From: Candidatus Doudnabacteria bacterium | GTDB taxonomy: Bacteria; Patescibacteriota; Doudnabacteria; UBA920; 2-01-FULL-46-14 | Length of the DNA stretch: 42,139 bases | Assembly (NCBI GenBank): GCA_041497195.1 | Contig: JBGQGB010000002.1 | Location: 1-42,139 of the forward strand | Reading direction: 5' to 3' | In this document: piece by piece, positions 1-8,006 of the stretch | How the letters are laid out: each line of letters opens with the position of its first letter | How positions within the stretch are numbered: the first letter of the stretch is position 1 | Translations under genes and position numbers: made by a program | The notes under the pieces: generated by a model | Databases searched by the model: none | The model's input: the letters and a program-made list of their open reading frames with translations, nothing else | Told to the model about the DNA's origin: nothing

Positions 1-2466
1 ACCGCGAATCCCGCGCCGATCACGATTAATCCGGGCGACACGGTCAGCGATGTCGACTTCGGCAACTTCCATGATGTAACGATTATCGTGCATAAGTGGG
101 ACGATTTGAATGGCGACGGCATTTGGCAAAAAGGTGGCACGAATCCTGAACCGCCGCTTGCGGGTGTGCCGATAGAGCTCGACCGTGTGACACACGAGGA
201 TCCGATTCAAACCGAGCTCCTGTCTCTCAATTTGACGGGCGCTGATGGTGCTGCACAATTCGTCGTCTCTGGGCCTGGTCATCTGCAGGCAAAAGAACAC
301 ACGCCAAGCGACTCCGAGCAGACCTTCCCGGCAAACTCATTTTTTGACATCTTTGTCGACGTGAGCGGTGCCACGATCAACACGGGGACTCTACATGGCT
401 GCCAACCAACGCCAGTCACAACTTGCCAGCCGATTCCACTAGAGTTCGGCAATTTTAAGTTGATTACGGTTACAGTGCAAAAAGACGTAGTTGATCCGGA
501 CGGACACGATGCGCACGACCCGCACGAATTCCAAGTTACGTTGGACGGTGAAAACCAGAAGCCAATCAGCGACGCTATCAATCAAGGTCTTGAGGCCCTC
601 TACGGCGGCGTCGGACCCGGTTCGCACACGCTTGCGGAAATCGGTGACCCTGACTTTGATCTGCTTCGCATCAGCCACGGAAATACCGAATTGCCCAATG
701 GCCAGTTTACTCCGCAAAGCGGTCAGGACATGACGATCGTTGTGACGAACACACAGAAGAAAGCGACCATTACCATCCACAAAGATGTCGTTGGCCCGAA
801 CAATGAGTCCGTCTCTGACAGCCATCTCTTCCGTGTCACGGTCAATGGCGAACTGAAAGATCTTGCCGAAGGAACTGACGCCATATTCAGCGTCAACCCC
901 GGCACCTACTCTGTTGTTGAGTCAGCTGATTCGAATTACGTCATCGGCACAACGGACGATATCACCGTTAGTTCGCATGGTTCTGGTTCTGCGACCATCA
1001 CTAACAAGCAAAAGCCCGGCAAAATTGTAATCAACAAGATCTCGCTCGGCGGCACCGACAAGTTTACCTTTAACGTCGATCACGGCCTTGGCTCAAAAGA
1101 CATCACGACCACGCAAGCTGGCCTCGTTGCCTCAAGCTTCTTTGATGTCTTCACTGAACTCGGTTCTGAATTCACAGTCAGCGAAACCCCGTCCTCATCC
1201 TGGGATGTTGATAACGGAACGTGCAAAGTCACCGTCAACCCGGGCGAGACCAAAACCTGCTCATTCACGAACACGCTGAAGAAAGGAACGATTACAGTTC
1301 ACAAGATTGTGAAAAATCATGGCCTGACCAATGATGCGTCCCACTTCGCTCCGTACAGGGTTGATACCACGACGGTCGTGCTCGACCAGGCAACGGCGTT
1401 CGATCCGGGTGATCACACCGTATCCGAGACATCCGACTCGAACTATACGGCGACCTTTAGCGGGGATTGCGGTCCAAACGGCTTAATCCAACTCGCCCCA
1501 GGCACCACCAAAACCTGCACGATTACCAACGAAGAGAAACTGGGAACACTGATCGTGAAGAAGGTGGTGATCAACAACAGCGGCGGCTCGAAGCAGCCCC
1601 AGAATTTCTCCTTCAAGGTCAACAATGGTGTCTCAACTCCATTTGTCGCCATCACCACGACCACCGGCGAAAATGATCTTACCGTAAATGCCGGGAGTTA
1701 TTCGCTAACAGAAGTTGCCGACGCGGGCTACGCTACAACCTATGCCAACTGCACGAACGTTGTGGTTCCGAACGGTGGATCTGTCACTTGTACCATCACC
1801 AATGACGACATCGCCCAAACCGCCACCCTGAGCATCAACAAGGTTCTCCTGCCGAACACTGACCCGGGCGAATTCAATCTCTTGATTGATACCGTTGTTG
1901 CTGGAACTGGAGCCAATGTTTCCAATGGCGGAACAACCGGCGCGGTAACGGTTTCTGCTGGACCACACACGGTGGCGGAGAGTGCTAGCGCTGGCACGAA
2001 TCTTAGTGATTACACTACGGTTATCAGCGGAGATTGCGCTCTAAACGGCACCATTATCCTTGCTGCGGGCGCAAACAAAACCTGCACCATCACAAACACC
2101 CGCAAAACCACCCAGACCACGGGCACCATCAAAGGTATGAAGTTCAGTGATCTGAACCGGAACGGCCTCAAAGACGCAGGTGAACCGGGCCTCGCCGGCT
2201 GGACGATCCGAATCGTGCGCAATCATAACTCACTCGTACGCACGGCGGTGACCGACGCGAACGGCAACTACAGCTTCACCAACCTTCCTCTTGGCACCTA
2301 CAAAGTCCGCGAGATCCACCAAAAGGGCTGGAAGCGCATGACCAAGAATCCGAAACCGATTGTGATTTCGGCCGGCTCCAATGTGTCGGGCGTGAACTTC
2401 GGCAATGCGACGAAGAAACAAACTGAACAGGATGATACCGACGCTAGAGATCTTCAGGATGACTAG
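1..2466 (+). CDS. Large surface/secreted protein with SdrD-B-like and prealbumin/SpaA-like Ig repeats (5'-truncated by the window)
   Basis: Frame 1 is open from base 1 (TANPAPITINPGDTVSDVDFGN...) into the listed ORF 88..2466. It has DLNGDG/DLNRNG..GEPGL loops, repeated Cys-paired units (SGDC...TCTITN) and ends in ...VNFGN, typical of SdrD-B domains. Confidence 0.8.
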   Translation, partial: TANPAPITINPGDTVSDVDFGNFHDVTIIVHKWDDLNGDGIWQKGGTNPEPPLAGVPIELDRVTHEDPIQTELLSLNLTGADGAAQFVVSGPGHLQAKEHTPSDSEQTFPANSFFDIFVDVSGATINTGTLHGCQPTPVTTCQPIPLEFGNFKLITVTVQKDVVDPDGHDAHDPHEFQVTLDGENQKPISDAINQGLEALYGGVGPGSHTLAEIGDPDFDLLRISHGNTELPNGQFTPQSGQDMTIVVTNTQKKATITIHKDVVGPNNESVSDSHLFRVTVNGELKDLAEGTDAIFSVNPGTYSVVESADSNYVIGTTDDITVSSHGSGSATITNKQKPGKIVINKISLGGTDKFTFNVDHGLGSKDITTTQAGLVASSFFDVFTELGSEFTVSETPSSSWDVDNGTCKVTVNPGETKTCSFTNTLKKGTITVHKIVKNHGLTNDASHFAPYRVDTTTVVLDQATAFDPGDHTVSETSDSNYTATFSGDCGPNGLIQLAPGTTKTCTITNEEKLGTLIVKKVVINNSGGSKQPQNFSFKVNNGVSTPFVAITTTTGENDLTVNAGSYSLTEVADAGYATTYANCTNVVVPNGGSVTCTITNDDIAQTATLSINKVLLPNTDPGEFNLLIDTVVAGTGANVSNGGTTGAVTVSAGPHTVAESASAGTNLSDYTTVISGDCALNGTIILAAGANKTCTITNTRKTTQTTGTIKGMKFSDLNRNGLKDAGEPGLAGWTIRIVRNHNSLVRTAVTDANGNYSFTNLPLGTYKVREIHQKGWKRMTKNPKPIVISAGSNVSGVNFGNATKKQTEQDDTDARDLQDD

Positions 2467-2485
2467 GAGATAGAAGCGTGTCCTA

Positions 2486-2516
2486 AACCACGCGGGGCTT
2501 TGGCCCCGCGTTGGTT
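2486..2516 (+). terminator. GC-rich hairpin downstream of the surface-protein gene
   Basis: AACCA-CGCGGGGC-tttg-GCCCCGCG-t-TGGTT inverted repeat, 20 nt after the stop; weak U tail. Confidence 0.65.
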
Positions 2517-2988
2517 ATCAAGAAGGGCGGCGAAAGATGGAAAGGGCTTACGACATACTCTTTGATGAGGTGCTGAAAAGACGGCAGGAACAGAAACGAT
2601 AGCGACGATATTTTTCCACTCTTTCAGATTCTACCTGTACACTCGCGTGCAGGGGGATCCTATTTTGATGTATATACCCTCTAAAAAGAATCCGGTTTTT
2701 CGGGCTGGGGGTCGGTTCCATAAGCTTCAGGCAGAAAACAAAATTTAAGGCAGAATGGCAGCCGGCACTCTTCAGCAGATTAGCCAGCCATGCTATACTA
2801 GGAGCATAAGAGTTTAGTTTCGCCTTATTTTAAGCGGCAAATGCGAGTTGTGTATCAACCTTAAGTTGTTGCCACTGCTGCAATTCCTCTATAATTTGGT
2901 TCCACTGAACTCGCACAAAGTCCACCATAGAAGAGTTTTCGATGTATTTGGTGCGGGGTGAAAGTCCTGCCTTAGCGACTACGAAATT

Positions 2989-3018
2989 TTGACAAAATGG
3001 TATAATGTGTGCTATACT
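2989..3018 (+). promoter_or_regulatory. Sigma70-type promoter(s) for the two-component cluster
   Basis: TTGACA (2989-2994), 18 nt, TGcTATACT (3010-3018); a second extended -10 TGgTATAAT at 2998-3006. Confidence 0.7.
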
Positions 3019-3146
3019 AAAGGCACAAATTGAGGCTAATAATTGAAACAAAGTTAGATTTTTTAGTATTAAATAAATTAAACTCCCTTTTTATAGAGGC
3101 GGCAAGGTGTTGATTCATGCCACTGAATTGAGGGACAAAAAAATTT

Positions 3147-3533
3147 ATGGCAGACAAAGCCAAAGCCAAAGTCTTAGTGGTCGAGGATGAAGAAATTCTA
3201 CTGACAGGGTTAAAAGAAGAACTGGAAACAGGCGGCTATGTGGTCGAGGGCGCAGGTGATGGAGTTGAAGGCTTGGAAAAGGTCAAAACTTTTAAACCCC
3301 AGCTGATTTTGCTCGATCTGTTGATGCCGAAAATGGACGGGATGGAGATGTTGCAGAAGCTCAAAGCGGACAGCGCCAGTCGGGATATCCCAGTCGTCAT
3401 TCTGACAAACCTTTCTGATTACGAAAAAATTTCCGAAGCGCTGTCTCTAGGAGCGATGGATTACTTAGTCAAAGCCAATTACAAGCTCGAGGACCTTTTG
3501 GATAAAGTTCGAACCGTTTTGGCCCGAAAATAG
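3147..3533 (+). CDS. Single-domain response regulator (receiver)
   Basis: LVVEDE acidic pocket, LILLDLLMPKMDG phospho-Asp motif, VVILT and YLVK motifs; no output domain. Confidence 0.95.
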   Translation: MADKAKAKVLVVEDEEILLTGLKEELETGGYVVEGAGDGVEGLEKVKTFKPQLILLDLLMPKMDGMEMLQKLKADSASRDIPVVILTNLSDYEKISEALSLGAMDYLVKANYKLEDLLDKVRTVLARK

Positions 3534-3548
3534 CTAAGGATTTCCTTT

Positions 3549-3821
3549 ATGGATTCAGCTGAGAATTACAAAAATCTTATTAGTGAGATTATACACAAAC
3601 AGATGGATATCCTGGGATCGGAGATTGCCATCCGCAAAGCCAAAAACGTTTCCGGTCTGAAAGTCAACGACGCCGGGGAAGTTTCCCAAATTTCAGGGGA
3701 TCCGACGCAGGTTCTGCAAAAATTAATTGATGAATATATTTCTCTCTCGGGAGAAATCGTAAAAAACATTCTCGGCCCCGTTTTTGCCAAATATCCCGAC
3801 ATAAAACTAAATCTAAAATAA
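3549..3821 (+). CDS. Small hypothetical protein in the two-component cluster
   Basis: 90-aa ORF tightly packed between the receiver gene and the next ORF; no recognisable catalytic motif. Confidence 0.8.
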   Translation: MDSAENYKNLISEIIHKQMDILGSEIAIRKAKNVSGLKVNDAGEVSQISGDPTQVLQKLIDEYISLSGEIVKNILGPVFAKYPDIKLNLK

Positions 3822-3822
3822 A

Positions 3823-4116
3823 ATGGATTTTGAGTTACTGATTCAGGTGTTTGTTGCAGTAATAGTGGTAGGGGTAATCTACAGCCTCTGGAGAACTACC
3901 CGGACTTACGGGGGGTTGGTGGGGGCAGCTCTGAAGTGGATTGGTCTCGGCGTAGTATTTTTTTCGATAGAAGGGCTGGACAGAGCGTTGGGAAATTTGA
4001 GCGTCGTCAGCCACCTGACCGTGACTTATGCAGATCCCATACACGACGCAATATTGATTTTTGGATTGATGTTTTCCGGAATTGGTTTTTCCAAACTTAC
4101 CAAGATTGCCAAATAA
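3823..4116 (+). CDS. Small membrane protein (about 3 TM)
   Basis: 97 aa with three hydrophobic segments; starts 1 nt after the previous stop. Confidence 0.8.
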   Translation: MDFELLIQVFVAVIVVGVIYSLWRTTRTYGGLVGAALKWIGLGVVFFSIEGLDRALGNLSVVSHLTVTYADPIHDAILIFGLMFSGIGFSKLTKIAK

Positions 4117-4172
4117 AACCGCAGGACCAAAATAGTTCCACGGTGTCGGTTTTGAAACAAAAATAAAAAATC

Positions 4173-5939
4173 GTGCCAATTTACACCTCGCAGTCCTTGT
4201 TGTGGGCTGCAATTTTTTCAGGAATCGTATTGATTATTTTTTGGCTTGAATACCGGCGGGTGCGAGCCAGGCTTTTGACGCGCGAGGAACAAATGAAGCA
4301 TAGGATGTATGAGCTCTCCATTTTGCGGGAATTGGGAGAGCGCATCGGCTATTCTTTGAACGTGCATAAAATCGTGGATGTGATCACAGGGAGTCTGGGC
4401 AGACTACTGCCTTATTCGAGCGTGTCGTATATATTGCCCACTGAAGATGGGCGATTGGCTTTCAATATTTCTCTGGCAGAATCGGTCAATAAAGCTTTTA
4501 TCAGCGAGGTTCGTGCCCGGATGCTCAAGGCCGTCACAGTTTTGTTTGGTAAAAATTATATCGATCACGATATAGAGGAGAGCGTTTCTGGAGTTATCAC
4601 TGATCCAACGAGTACGCACAAGGTCGAGTCGTCTTTTAATGTTCCTATTGTGATCAACGGGAAGCCATCCGCTATTTTGACAGTGGCGTCGACCGAGGCT
4701 GGCTTGTACAAAACTAGCGATGAAGTGGAAATACTTTACACGATCATGAACCAGGCCTCAGAAGCGGTCTCCAAACTGCAAACTGTTTTGGAAATTGAAA
4801 AAGGCAAACTCAATTCCATGGTGGCAAGCATGGCAGACGGAGTGATGATGGTCGATATACAGAATCGGCTGTTGGTCATCAATCCTCAGACACAAAAGAT
4901 GCTCGGTCTGAAAAGCTCCGCGCCATCGATATTTGACGTATTGGACGCCGTTTCTAGTCACCTTGATCTCCGCACAAAGATAGAGGAAAGTATTAAAAAC
5001 AACGAGCTGATAGTCGAGGAAAATCTTCAGATCAATAACCGTTTTTTGCAGATCCTCATTACCCCGGTGAAAGACAACAAAAACGAGCCTTTGGGAAGTG
5101 TCGTTCTGTTTCACGACGTCACTCATGAAAAAGAGTTGGAAAAAATGCGTGAAGATTTTACCTCAATGATGGTGCACGAGCTGCGCTCCCCTCTGACCGG
5201 CATCAGAAGCATTGCCACGCTTCTCAAAAACGACAAAGTCAAGAACGAAGAAAAAAAGTATCAGGAATTTGTCGATCTCATCACTACCAATTCCAGCTCA
5301 ATGCTAGCCCTAGTGAATGATTTGCTGGACGTGGCCAAGCTGGAGTCGGGAAAATTTGAGGTTTTCAGGCGCCCAACAGATTTGCGCCATGTCATCCAAA
5401 CGAGAATTGAATCATTTGCCGGGCTGGCTCAGGAAGGCAAGTTGACATTGGAGCAAAAAGTTTTGCCGGAAGTACCGCAAACTCTGGCGATTGATGACAA
5501 CAAAATCCCCCAGGTTTTGAATAACCTATTGAGCAACGCCGTCAAATTTACTCCTGAGGGCGGAAAAATCCAAATTGGCGCATTTGTTTGTGAGTCTGGC
5601 CAAGATATTGTGCGCGAAGCCCTTCGCAATAATCTTGGCTGGCCAGGGGCGGCGAGCGGAGTTTTGTGCCAGACCCCATCCGTGGTAATAAGTGTTTCTG
5701 ATAACGGGGTTGGCATTCCAGCGGTAGAAATACCAAAATTGTTCAACAAGTTTCAACAATTATCCACGGCCAGCAAGTCCGAAAAAAAGGGGACAGGCTT
5801 GGGGCTAGTGGTAGTCAAAGGCGTGGTCGAAGCGCACGGCGGACAAGTCGGGGTCGTTTCCGCAGAGGGTCGCGGCACGACTTTTTATTTTACCTTACCC
5901 TTATCGGAAACGGTGGGAGTAAGCTCGGCCAAAGTTTGA
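4173..5939 (+). CDS. Sensor histidine kinase (TM, GAF-like, PAS, HisKA, HATPase)
   Basis: H-box MMVHELRSPLT, N-box NLLSNAVKFT, G1 DNGVGIP, G2 GTGLGL; PAS-like SMADGVMMVD...VINP; N-terminal TM. Confidence 0.93.
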   Translation: MPIYTSQSLLWAAIFSGIVLIIFWLEYRRVRARLLTREEQMKHRMYELSILRELGERIGYSLNVHKIVDVITGSLGRLLPYSSVSYILPTEDGRLAFNISLAESVNKAFISEVRARMLKAVTVLFGKNYIDHDIEESVSGVITDPTSTHKVESSFNVPIVINGKPSAILTVASTEAGLYKTSDEVEILYTIMNQASEAVSKLQTVLEIEKGKLNSMVASMADGVMMVDIQNRLLVINPQTQKMLGLKSSAPSIFDVLDAVSSHLDLRTKIEESIKNNELIVEENLQINNRFLQILITPVKDNKNEPLGSVVLFHDVTHEKELEKMREDFTSMMVHELRSPLTGIRSIATLLKNDKVKNEEKKYQEFVDLITTNSSSMLALVNDLLDVAKLESGKFEVFRRPTDLRHVIQTRIESFAGLAQEGKLTLEQKVLPEVPQTLAIDDNKIPQVLNNLLSNAVKFTPEGGKIQIGAFVCESGQDIVREALRNNLGWPGAASGVLCQTPSVVISVSDNGVGIPAVEIPKLFNKFQQLSTASKSEKKGTGLGLVVVKGVVEAHGGQVGVVSAEGRGTTFYFTLPLSETVGVSSAKV

Positions 5940-5959
5940 CTTTTTAAAAGCTTTACACT

Positions 5960-6700
5960 ATGAAATTCAAGAATATTTTAGGAAAAGGCGAAAAAGCCAG
6001 CATCGAGAACATTACCTCGGATTTTGTTTCCCTGGCTTCTCACCAATTGCGTACCCCGCTGTCTGCCGTCAAATGGAACACGGAAATTTTGCTCTCGCAA
6101 AAATCCGGCCACCTGAATCCCAAACAACTTCGATATCTGCAGGAAATTTATCGTTCCAATGAACGCGCCATCAGCTTGGTCAATGATCTTTTGGATGTCT
6201 CTCGCATTCAGGAAGGGGAAATTCACCTTGACTTGCGTCCGGCCAGGGCGGAAGATATAATCAAAGAAGCCATTGACAACCTCGATGATCTCATAAAGTC
6301 GAGTAAGGCAAATGTCAATTTTGAAATCATGAAGGGGCCGTTGCCGCAGGTCGAGACTGACACGGAAAAGTTGAAACGTGTGATTATCAACCTGCTGACC
6401 AATTCCATCAAATATACTCCCGCTGGTGGCGATATCTCCATAATCGTGGAAAAGCTGCCGACACACTTGAGAATCAGCGTGACGGATTCGGGAGTCGGCA
6501 TTGCCAAAGCCGATCAGAAAAAAATCTTTAAAAAGTTTTTCCGAAGTACCAAAGTGCTCAAGATTTCTCCCGACGGCACGGGTTTGGGTCTATTTATTGC
6601 CAAGTCTTTAGTTCAAGCAATGGGAGGAAAGATCAGTTTTCGCTCCGAGGAAAACGCCGGGACGACTTTCTTTTTTACACTGCCGTTGAAATTTAAATAA
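5960..6700 (+). CDS. Histidine kinase with HisKA and HATPase only (no sensor domain)
   Basis: ASHQLRTPLS, NLLTNSIKYT, DSGVGI, GTGLGL; only about 20 aa precede the H-box. Confidence 0.92.
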   Translation: MKFKNILGKGEKASIENITSDFVSLASHQLRTPLSAVKWNTEILLSQKSGHLNPKQLRYLQEIYRSNERAISLVNDLLDVSRIQEGEIHLDLRPARAEDIIKEAIDNLDDLIKSSKANVNFEIMKGPLPQVETDTEKLKRVIINLLTNSIKYTPAGGDISIIVEKLPTHLRISVTDSGVGIAKADQKKIFKKFFRSTKVLKISPDGTGLGLFIAKSLVQAMGGKISFRSEENAGTTFFFTLPLKFK

Positions 6701-6714
6701 TTTTTTAAAAATAC

Positions 6715-7278
6715 ATGCCGAAAAAAAAACTTTCAGTGAATGGGGCCAAAACGAAAAAAGCGCGTGCCACGTCTATCCCAACCAATATTGAGCGCCTTAG
6801 CGGGCAACGGATAATGGACGACAAGCTCGTCAATTCCAAGAGCGACAAGTATTCGTACGCCGCCGCTGTTTTTATTGCCCTAGGAATTTTGGTTGCCGCC
6901 GGAGTGGTCGGATATCTGTTTTTCTATAAAAATAACAATCAGTCAGTACTTGAACCCAACATTATCGTTCCAAGCGATACGCAATCACAAGAGGGCATGC
7001 CACCTGAGCAAGCAGCGACAACGCCGACAACTACCACTCCTGTCGCTCCTGCGCCGCCGCCTGTTCTGACGCAGAGCGTGAAAATTTTGGCCACACCAAC
7101 GGGCTTTTTGAACGTCCGTTCGGGGCCTGGAACGAATACGGCCAAAGTCGGGCAGGTCAATCCCGGAGAGGTTTATCAGGTCCTCTCCGACTCTTCAGCC
7201 AACGGCGGCTGGTATCAGATTCGGTTGAGTGATGCGCTGACGGGCTGGATTGCCAAAAAATACGGGAAACTTCAATAG
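6715..7278 (+). CDS. Membrane-anchored bacterial SH3 (SH3b) domain protein
   Basis: One TM, a Pro/Thr-rich linker, then LNVRSGPGT...WYQIRL...GWI SH3b signature. Confidence 0.88.
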   Translation: MPKKKLSVNGAKTKKARATSIPTNIERLSGQRIMDDKLVNSKSDKYSYAAAVFIALGILVAAGVVGYLFFYKNNNQSVLEPNIIVPSDTQSQEGMPPEQAATTPTTTTPVAPAPPPVLTQSVKILATPTGFLNVRSGPGTNTAKVGQVNPGEVYQVLSDSSANGGWYQIRLSDALTGWIAKKYGKLQ

Positions 7279-7290
7279 CAACACTTTTCG

Positions 7291-7329
7291 ATTACCGGAA
7301 GGGTTTTGACTTTTCCGGTAATTTTTTTT
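7291..7329 (+). terminator. Intrinsic terminator after the SH3 gene
   Basis: ATTACCGGAA...TTCCGGTAAT 10-bp stem followed by a T run. Confidence 0.8.
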
Positions 7330-7334
7330 ATACT
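7306..7334 (+). promoter_or_regulatory. Sigma70 promoter for the tRNA-Thr/rpmG unit
   Basis: TTGACT (7306-7311), 17 nt, TATACT (7329-7334). Confidence 0.7.
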
Positions 7335-7388
7335 GCTTCAAGTACGTTTGCAGAAAGGGGCTTCCACCGACGCTCTCGAGTACTCGAT

Positions 7389-7500
7389 CTTTGGCGGACA
7401 AGTGACCGTTTGAAATGCGGTACTCGCCCATCGTAGCTTTGGGTAGTCCAAAGCGAAGTTGGGCCCAAGTAGCTGAAGTTTGTAGACCTGCCCGCCAGAG
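7389..7500. repeat. Nested REP-like palindromic element
   Basis: Outer arms CTTTGGCGGACAAGT / ACCTGCCCGCCAGAG (13 of 15 positions pair) enclose an inner hairpin GCCCA..GCTTTGG..CCAAAGC..TGGGC (7426-7464). Confidence 0.6.
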
Positions 7501-7510
7501 TCGCCAATAC

Positions 7511-7548
7511 GCCGTTGTAGCTCAGCTGGTAGAGCAACTCCATGGTAA
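7511..7548 (+). pseudogene. Orphan copy of the 5' half of tRNA-Thr(GGU)
   Basis: 38 nt identical to the 5' exon at 7672-7707 plus the AA that starts the 3' exon; no acceptor 3' strand follows. Confidence 0.85.
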
Positions 7549-7671
7549 TAAACAGGTCTACTGTCATTATCAGGAAATGCTTGTAGCGACTGGCTAAAAT
7601 GGCGATAGAGTGAGAGATGGGGCCACCTCTCACAGAAAACAGGTCGCCGGTTCTTTGGAAAAATCATATAT

Positions 7672-7938
7672 GCCGTTGTAGCTCAGCTGGTAGAGCAACT
7701 CCATGGTGGGGCATAAGCTCCCTGCCCATTGCCGGAGAAATCCGACAGTGAATCCCGAATTACGGTCAAAGGCTCGAAAGAGTTAAGACCGTGGCGAGCA
7801 ATCGCCCGAACGACTGACAAGGGTGGCTAAATCCGAAAGGATACGCCAAAGATACAGTCTAATCCCCATATAAGTTTTACGAAATTGGGGTGCAAATGAA
7901 GGAGTAGGTCGTCGGTTCAATTCCGACCAACGGCTCCA
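7672..7938 (+). tRNA. tRNA-Thr(GGU), exons 7672-7707 and 7899-7938, interrupted by a group I intron; CCA encoded
   Basis: Joined exons give a full cloverleaf: GCCGTTG/CAACGGC acceptor, GCTC/GAGC D stem, ACTCC-ATGGTAA-GGAGT anticodon arm, GTCGG-TTCAATT-CCGAC T arm, U discriminator, CCA. Confidence 0.93.
7708..7898 (+). ncRNA. Group I intron (191 nt) at tRNA position 36/37
   Basis: 5' exon ends in U and the intron ends in G. P1 has U7707-G7724 wobble; P7 GACTG/CAGTC; S-like AAGATACAGTCT; GAAA/GCAA tetraloop hairpins; P9 CCCCA/TGGGG. Confidence 0.88.
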
Positions 7939-7985
7939 GGCTTTGGCAGGCGGGGCAACTCTCCGCCAGAGGCGGATCAGCTTAA
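7939..7985. repeat. REP-like palindrome after tRNA-Thr
   Basis: Contains TCCGCCAGAGGCGGA and shares CCGCCAGAG with the element at 7492-7500. Confidence 0.55.
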
Positions 7986-8006
7986 CTAAATAATCAAGGA
8001 ATCAAA

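Noticed and set aside
2491-2927. tmRNA (GGGCTTTG could pair with CAAAGTCC before ACCA)
   Set aside because: The 5' partner belongs to a terminator hairpin; there is no T-loop and no tag reading frame ending in an alanine-rich tail on the + strand.
2953-2967. FMN riboswitch-like GCGGGGTGAAAGTCC
   Set aside because: Only the first T-loop-like motif matches; the remaining conserved FMN elements are absent and no flavin gene follows.
5939-5960. Second kinase as a frameshifted fragment of the first
   Set aside because: Each ORF has its own complete HisKA and HATPase, and their sequences are divergent.
7705-7900. Alternative splice registers giving tRNA-His(GUG) or other anticodons
   Set aside because: Only the 36/37 register has U before the 5' site, G at the intron end, and P1/P10 support.
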